Positions 56,740-64,000 of a stretch of DNA of 64,000 bases are shown piece by piece (position 1 is the stretch's first letter; the number at the start of each line of letters is the position of its first letter). The DNA comes from Marsupella aquatica. Taxonomy: Eukaryota > Plantae > Marchantiophyta. The stretch covers positions 643,573-707,572 of the forward strand of contig OZ316899.1 of the NCBI GenBank assembly GCA_973895155.1, read 5' to 3'. Made by a program: the position numbers and the translations under genes. The notes beneath the pieces are model-generated. The model did not search any database and was not told the origin of the DNA. It saw only the letters and a program-made list of their open reading frames with translations.

Positions 56740-57942
56740 ATGATTCGATGTAAGTATAACTTAGTAGCAGTTCCCGACAGGACCACCGAGTCGGCAACCG
56801 AGGAATGGGACACACAGGACAGACGACTTGTGAAGCTTGCTTGGGAGGAAGCTTCGGCATTATTCTCTCCGGAGAAGTCAAGCCTACCGTGCTGCGCTGA
56901 TACGTATCATGAAGAAAAAGTTGCTCATTTTGTGAAAGAGAGAACAAGGAAGACTCTCAAATTTGTCGATGATAAGGCAGAAGAGGCTGAATCGGATGAG
57001 AGTAGCTCGGTAGGAAGTGATAGTGATAGTCTCCAAACTCACCATGCAAGCATAAGTTTGTCAAGCTCCAATTCCGAAGAGTAATTTTTGGGTGAATTTA
57101 CCTTCATTGCAGCTCAGAAGCAAACTGAGCCACAACAACCAGTCGACGAGGTAGTGACGGCCCAGCAAGGAGTCCATTAGGGGGTGCCTGTGCACCAACG
57201 ACCGAATTAGGGGGTGCCTGTGCACCAACGACCGAATTAGGGGGTGCCTGCACAACGACATCAACCCGCCATACTTGCGACCATAGTCAAAGAAGCATTG
57301 GACTCCAACAGGGACCAAGATGAAGTCCTAGTCAGCCTCGGTGACTTAAAATTGAAGAGAAAAGATTTCAAATACTTGAGGGCAAAAAAATGGCTCACTT
57401 GTGACATCATCAATGCTTACATTCCTCTATTGGAGCGTAGAGCAGAGGTCATTGCAAAACCCAAATGCATGCTTTTGCCCACACATTTTTACAATGTCTT
57501 GACGCATCCTGCGTACAGCTTCAACGCAGCGTTGGCATTTGTGAAGGGCATTGACGTCTTTTCATTCTACCTCATTCTAATCCCCATCCACAGGCCAAAA
57601 CATTGGGTACTAGCTGTGGTCGATTTTACTTTGCAGCAACTACATTTGCTAGATCCCATTGGAGGCGAAGCATCGGAATGCGACGATTTGGTGAATGTCG
57701 GTCGGTTTCTCCATGACCTATCCTGCTTGCGCAGTTGTCCCCACTTATCGCCATTACAATGGCAACGCATCATCCGCGACGATATTCCAGCCCAACCCGA
57801 TAGTTACAATTGTGGAGTATATGTCATAATGTACATGGAGCGTCTTTCTAGAGGCTCTGTATTGGCGGTTGACCCTAAACATGTACTGCTTATACGACAA
57901 AAGATTATTGTAGACCTAATCTGCCAGACGATCAGTTTGTAG
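56740..57942 (+). pseudogene. Ulp1/C48-family SUMO protease-like gene
   Basis: WLTCDIINAY, LIPIH..KHWVLAVVD and QPDSYNCGVYV give an intact His-Asp-Cys triad plus Gln in ORF 57244-57942; upstream 30-bp repeats contain TAG stops. Confidence 0.85.
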
Positions 57943-58259
57943 ATAGAGGATCGATGGATTGCCTTTGTGAATTCAATTTGTGAATATTTCACAACAGAGC
58001 AACATGTTGTATACGAAGTAAAATAAAAATTTCCTCCAAAGGTTATGTTCTGGTCCTGTACTTTCTACGCTGGACCCCATGTTGTTTTTCAATGTCATGC
58101 CGAGCTCTCCTGGATAAGTCGGCGAGGGTCTTTGAGATGAGTCTTTGAAAGGGACGTGTTGTATGGACTCTGTTGTACGATGTGTTGTATGGATCCTTTT
58201 TGAGATTTAGTAGCAACACCCCATGATATATCGAAGACCCTGTGTGAGAAGTTTTTTTT

Positions 58260-58320
58260 TTCCTCGAATTTCAGTTGAATCTCGGCGGGGCTCGCTGAGA
58301 TTCAACTAAACTTCGAGGAA
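58260..58320. other. Imperfect hairpin near the right end of the Mutator-like element
   Basis: ttcctcgaa-tttc-agttgaatctc / gagattcaact-aaac-ttcgaggaa, with the recurring motif in the loop. Confidence 0.75.
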
Positions 58321-58576
58321 ATCTCAGAGAGGCCGCCAAGATTGAAACTTTATATTCTCCTTTAATGTCAGAGAGGCAGCCGACATAAGAAATGGTCGAA
58401 GTAAAGTACCCGATCCAACCTCAAAGAGGCGCCGACAATGGCGCGGACTGCGATTGGGTTGTGGATTGGGTTGTGCCCCAAAAGAATTCATCTCAGCTGA
58501 TTTGCTGAGTTCCGGTGTTGGACTGATATCAGTCACTGATGAAACTCACTGATAACTGATGAAGTACACGACCCCC

Positions 58577-59150
58577 CTCTTCATAGAAGTTCCTCCATTC
58601 TTCCATGATAGTGTTGTTACTCAACATGAATGTACTTAGTTGCTTTAACTCCATGGGTGTCAACATGCGGGTTTTGGTGGTCCCTGTCAAACAATCCACC
58701 TCATCCTTCCTCTCCTCCTTCCAAGTATGGGGAGAGGTGCATTCTATTGTGGCTAATATGTTGTTGCAATAAAACATACTTTTTGTTGCCAAATATCTTG
58801 TAGCCATGCTTCCCTCAACTCTTACATGGTTTTGTAATATCCCTTAAAAACTGCCATGTATCGTTCCAACCAATACATCCACCGACAATGCACAGGTACT
58901 GCAATGGCAACCTCGTGAACAAGGTGAATAAGTAAATGCACTTAATAATAAAAAATAAAGGAGAGAGAGCCTTCTCCAACTTGCACACCACCTCTGCAGC
59001 TAATACCTTCATCCCTAGGATCTCTTAACTGTAAATCTCAATAGTTTTTCCAATGACCAAAGGGCATCTTGCACTTCTTCACTTGCCAGACCTATTATTG
59101 CCACGGGCAATATATGTTGCAATAGTCGGTGGTAATCATGTGTCTTGAAG
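58577..59150 (-). pseudogene. Middle fragment (DUF4218-like) of the older CACTA transposase
   Basis: KTHDYHRLLQHILPVAIIGL, EVVCKLEKAL and SMFYCNNILAT..TFML..EEW..FYEE, homologous to 26740-27350. Confidence 0.88.
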
Positions 59151-59175
59151 GAGAGAAACAAGCCTCTTGAATAAA

Positions 59176-59910
59176 GGTGTGTGTGATGAGATCCGGGATT
59201 TGCAAGTCATAAGTTCATTATGACATCCTACGCGAGCCACGTATGGCACAATTATGATACTAAAACCCGTGACCTGGCACCACACCATCATTGTGGCCAC
59301 AACGGACCCAAGCCATAGGTTGACATGCGCGCCATTGCAGTGAAAGTGACATTCAGTACAAGTACACACCTTTCACTTTCCAAAGGTCATAATGATCCTA
59401 GAGCTGAGTAGTCCGGCCTACACGAGCCTCGTGCGGAAAGTGACTGGAACCAACCAACTCCAACCTCGCCTATATATTGTTCTCCCACAGTCCTCAACCC
59501 GACAATTAGTACATGTCGTGTGAATATGGGTGTCTGTGATGAGATCCGGGATTTGCAAGTCATAAGTTGATTATGGCATCCTACGCAAGCCTCGTGTAGC
59601 ACAATTATGATACAAAAGAACCTGTCAATTTAACCTCAATAATGGAGGAAATTGAGCTCATCCCACCCAAATCTCGTGATCCGGCACCAAACCTTCATTG
59701 TGGCCACAACAGACACGAGCCAAAGGTTGACATGCGCGCCATTGCAGTGAATATGACATTGAGTACAAGTACACACCTTTCACTTTCCGAAAAATGATCC
59801 TCGAGCTAAGTAATCCGGCCTACACGAGCCTCGTGCGGAAAGTGACTGGAACAAACCAGCTCCAACCTCGCCTATTGTTCTCCCACAATCCTGAACCCGA
59901 CAATTAGGAC
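59176..59910. repeat. Diverged tandem duplication (59176-59512 and 59529-59910)
   Basis: Both copies share gatgagatccgggatttgcaagtcataag, gttgacatgcgcgccattgcagtga and ccggcctacacgagcctcgtgcggaaagtgactggaa. Confidence 0.88.
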
Positions 59911-60113
59911 GTGCCATGCATCACCAAGTGTCTTCCACGCGAGTCTTGCGTCAAGAAAGGATTTTAGTTCTCCTCAATCGTTTCTGTAATGTAAACCTTC
60001 ACACTTTCCAAAGCTCTTGCTGGAACTTTTACCTTTGCTTTTGCTTTTGATGTCCATCCGGTGATGGTTGACGTTGCTAGGATCCAATTATTTGTGACTG
60101 GGGAATGAGGTAA

Positions 60114-63100
60114 TTGGGATCCCTTTCCCACATTTGCTTTGAATTAAAGCAGTCCCAATATCTTTCTGATTTGGTTGCCAAACTCTTGCGATTAAGAGGG
60201 TGCCACCATTCAACTTGGAACTCTCCAACATGTGCATCGTCGGGATCTCTTACAACACAATCGATTGCTTTTGCAAGCCAAAATTGTTGCGGAATTCTGG
60301 TTTCAAATTCATCGGTGGGTCAAATAATAACAAATGTATTCTTTTTAATATCTTCTAGAGGACTAAATCTTGACCTCTCATGCTCAGAAGGGTGTCCGAC
60401 AAAGATTGTTTGCCTCTCTTCTTCATCTTCTTGAAGCTCTCTTTCCAGATTATGCATCACCCCATTGTCTTCGCTTGGGTTGGTATCCACGTTCTGACCA
60501 TCCTGACAATACCCAGTTCCATGGTTTGTTCAAGGCCAGAATCCATCAAGTAATGGATAATCTACCCTTGCTAGCGAAGGAGAGCAAAGTGTGTCCTGAA
60601 ACACAGAAACAATGTTTTCCCAATATTGAATCTCTGGACTTCAGAGACGATATCCCTCCGATGTAACATCCTTCCATGCAATCTTCAGCCATGAGATATA
60701 ATGGATCAAGTATTCCAAAATGTCATTCGCCCGCTTGTGAGAAGACTCCATCCGCTTGGAATAAGGACTTCCAATTGGAAATTTGTATTGGTTTCTCTAA
60801 GTCAAACAACCAAATTGTTTGACCCTTTGTCGGTAGCCAAGGCGTATCAATTTTCTCTCGATATTGGTAGACTGGGACATTCTCCTTCATTGAGAACAAG
60901 AATTGAACAGGTGCTGATTGACCCTGGATCCTTTTGACAAATGGTCCTACATAAGCTTTGTAAGATGCAACTTCGCGGATGAACCTTGGAACCGGATGTT
61001 TCTTCTCGCACTCCCAAACCTCCGCCATCAAACCAAAAAATATGGTAAGCTCTCGATTGTAGATCCTTATCCCGACTCTAGAGAAGAAGGCATCCACATC
61101 CTCATGAGTGTGCCCCACCATCAAAAAGGAAAGAGTTACTGACTCAAACACTCCTCTTAGAACGAGCTCGCTACAGAAAGCCAGAACTGTCTGGTTCTTG
61201 TTATCCTTTCCCGAGTTATCAAGTTGAAGGTGGAGGTGTCGAGGAAGCGCCTTGAAGGGTAGCAATGTTGAAGGCTCTACGCGACTCTCGTGTGGCACAT
61301 TATCACCAAGCCCTGCAAAGTGAGCGAGAGAGATCTTTTTGGTTTTGAGGTATCCTACCTCAAAGGCACGCCAATCCAAGAGGGATACAAAGATTGGATC
61401 TGTGATGTCAGAGGTGTTGAGAGCTAGATCGCCGGTCTTATCTCCCACAAATGATTCGAGATCATGAAATAACTTTGCAAGCAAAGAGACTGTAAAATCA
61501 GGATCGCTTGCCCACAAACCAGAAAGGGCAAAATGTGCATAAATTCCAAGCTCCCGTCCATGCGTTAACATCCCCGTCAGCGTCATTGGTAGCAAGATTG
61601 ATTTTCCTCCTTGGCTCTTGAGTGTAGAAGTCATTTTAGGAATTCCGGTCTTGGCTTGATTCATTTTATCATGAATCACAGACAAATATTTGTCGGGCTC
61701 TTGGTCCGCTGCAAGTTTTGCTGCATAGTACATACTCCTACGTGATTGTTGTTCCAACATATGCCGTTCGCGCTTTGCCTTGATTTCTAAAATCTTATCC
61801 ACCCGTTTCTCCCCCCAAAGTGTTTCTTTAATGGTCGTGCAGAGATCGCATTTTGCAAAGTTGCTCCAATCTTGGAATTGGAAATTGGGGAAATATTTAT
61901 CCAAAAGTTTGTAGAAGGTTGGGAGAGAGGGCGAGTGAATACCCAGGTTTTTGTTAAGCTTGCAAGCCTCTTCAAAAACATCTTTTCTCCCGAAACTTAT
62001 TGGAACCCTGAAAACAACTTCCTGCTTGCCTGAAACACCAATTTTGTGAAGATGTGGCATTGGTTCCGCACATTTCTGCAAGATACTTCGAATTGATTAT
62101 GTGAACAACACAACGTAGTCTTTGGTCTTGATGGTCCCTTCATTCCCATGAACACCAACTTTTGCCCCCTCCATGTATCGTGAATACATTGTGTAAAATG
62201 TTCCTCGAGAAAATCCATGAATATTCCAGAAAGCTTCCTTGCAGATCCTGCTTCCCTTGAATACAATCATGCCTGAGGCGATGGTTTCATCGTCACGATA
62301 GTGAAGATGATTGAGCACGTAAGTATGTTGCTCAACATGAGATAGACCATAGTACTCTTCCCTAATGTCAGTGACGGTCTCACGGAGTTGTCGTCGACAA
62401 CAACTCTGTGTGCAACAATCAACCCGATAAAGAGTATCTATGGACACCCGAAACATCTTTTGATTGCGTCTTTTCTCGAGTCGGTTTCTCTCCTTCTGGT
62501 TTGAATCTTGAGGATTTCTTCATTGATTATTATAGCCCCTTTTTGGCTTGATATATGAGAGAATTCTAACTCCCTCATCGTTACCATCATTCCGATCTAA
62601 AAGATCACTCAAACATTTCATTCCAGACTCAATCCTAGTTTTGTTGATTGGCCATCAAACTGTGCATGGTGATCCGTCAACAAATTGAGGGAACAAAACT
62701 TTTCCCAAGCCAACTTCAATAGCTAGACTCAAAATATTCACACCAACATGATCTTCCCCAACTTGCTCGTTGTTAATGGACGCGAGAGGATGTGGGTTTA
62801 TGATGCAACCTCTTGCGAGCAAGGTTTCTCCGTCGTCCGCATAGAGAAGGGTCAACTTTTTGAACCATGTGGTACATCTTTCAGAACCTCCGCAAAAACC
62901 TCTGTCCCCTCCAGTCTGGTGGCTGATTCAGAATTACCTTGAATATTGTCAATTGGGTCAGCAATGACATAAGCTGACTCTGTTTGACCTCCAAGATTCA
63001 TGTCATTTGCATGGCGGACATCTTGCTGATCCCACAAAACAATGGAGTTCACCGACTCTCCTACTAGATCAGCTCCCGGATGTGGATACGGCAGTTGTGC

Positions 63101-63305
63101 GAGGTGAAAGAAAGCATTGTCCACCGCCACACTTATCCGTTCTGCTCCAAGCAACACAGTGGCAGGTGTCGGAAGGTAGAACACAAAAAACCTTCCCACC
63201 AGCAACTGGTTGTTCATTGATAAGCATGTGAACGACTTCTCCAGGTAGAAGCTGCGTTCTAGAAGCCATTTTGGATCTGAGGAAAAACATTTGCAACAAA
63301 AACAT
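60114..63305 (-). pseudogene. Sola1-like DDD transposase preceded by two TnpA-C-terminal-like domains
   Basis: FAKCDLC, IHDKMNQ, LHLQLDNSGKDNKNQ and FLMVGHTHEDVDAFFS; upstream frameshifted VAGGKV..CH..LGAERISV and LARG...VGEDHVGV segments. Confidence 0.65.
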
Positions 63306-63432
63306 CTTTTAAAACATCCTGCACGAGGCTCATGTGAAAATCTCTAACTCTAATCTAAGCAAATATCACAGAACTGAAAATTCAAATCCAGTTTAAACAA
63401 GCAATGAAGACAGTCATCTAAAAAGTTGAATG

Positions 63433-64000
63433 TGTTGTGGGATAAATGAGACAAAGAGTTCATTCCATCTTTACTCTTGGTAGAATATGTACATGTGGTT
63501 ACGGCCTAAGTAGTTAGGGTAGTTACATAGGTAGTTATCCCAAAGGTAGACTTAACTCAAGTATGAGTTACAACACTCCCCCTTTGTAACATTGGGGTTG
63601 AAATGTTACAATCAAGAGTCTACTTTGGGTATACTCAGTGGTATACAATAGGTTTTGTTTATGTCTAGCCTATTTTATAAATGGTGTAGCCATCTCAAGT
63701 CTACTATAAATGAAAAGCTTCTCCTAATAGATGTCTTATAATTCATGTTGCATGGTAAAGTGTAAGTGGGGGATGTAATCTCATTAAAACCTCCCCTACT
63801 TTCTTTGTGGGAGGAAAGAGTATTACCATCCCCATGGGTGAAACATAATTGGGTTTAAGCATATAGTGTATGTGTAATTTCTACAAAGTATCTTAAGGTG
63901 CTTGTCAGCACTATAGGCTTGTTGAAGATCTTCCTTGGTTGATTGTTTCTCGTGTCTCCTTCCAATCGGGAAATGGAGACTCCTTGATGGTCACCGATTA
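63433..64000 (-). mobile_element. 3' end of a second short-LTR copia-type element running out of the window
   Basis: 143-bp TGTTGT...ACAACA segment (63433-63575) preceded on the minus strand by the PPT aaagggggag, as in the element at 12074-17967. Confidence 0.7.

Larger units (their letters stand above)
28794..58576. mobile_element. Giant Mutator-like (MULE) element with multi-gene cargo; left end unresolved
   Basis: MULE-SWIM transposase, Ulp1, F-box, AT-hook and ParB/MTase-like genes are all tied together by one recurring palindromic motif. The right end abuts old CACTA coding sequence at 58576/58577 with a G-rich terminus; no matching left TIR or TSD was found. Confidence 0.6.

Overview
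This is a eukaryotic, entirely transposon-derived window with no recognisable host gene. The element families and GT-AG introns suggest a non-seed plant such as a bryophyte (inference). From left to right: (1) a full-length but mutated 9.96-kb Ty3/gypsy-type retroelement (90-10053, 4-bp TSD CTTG) encoding Gag-PR-[C5 DNA methyltransferase]-RT-RH-DDE integrase-PHD, whose termini are split direct repeats (A...B-A-B) around a 16-bp palindromic junction instead of two normal LTRs; (2) a very young Bianca-like Ty1/copia (12074-17967, identical LTRs) with an in-frame deletion of the RT N-terminus; (3) a complete CACTA (18930-28790, TSD ATG) with a SET-domain exon inside its transposase locus; (4) a roughly 30-kb Mutator-like element (about 28794-58576) carrying a GCM/WRKY-like-MULE-SWIM transposase, an AT-hook protein, two F-box proteins, a ParB/Srx + beta-class amino-methyltransferase-like gene and an Ulp1 protease, strewn with a palindromic 23-bp motif and interrupted by three solo-LTR-like inserts, two of them 4.7 kb and mostly occupied by one ancestral ORF of about 1200 codons; (5) halves of an older CACTA transposase lying 40 kb apart on either side of (3) and (4); (6) a Sola1-like transposase pseudogene; (7) the 3' end of a second copia. 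All family calls come from motif recognition by eye; no database searches were run.
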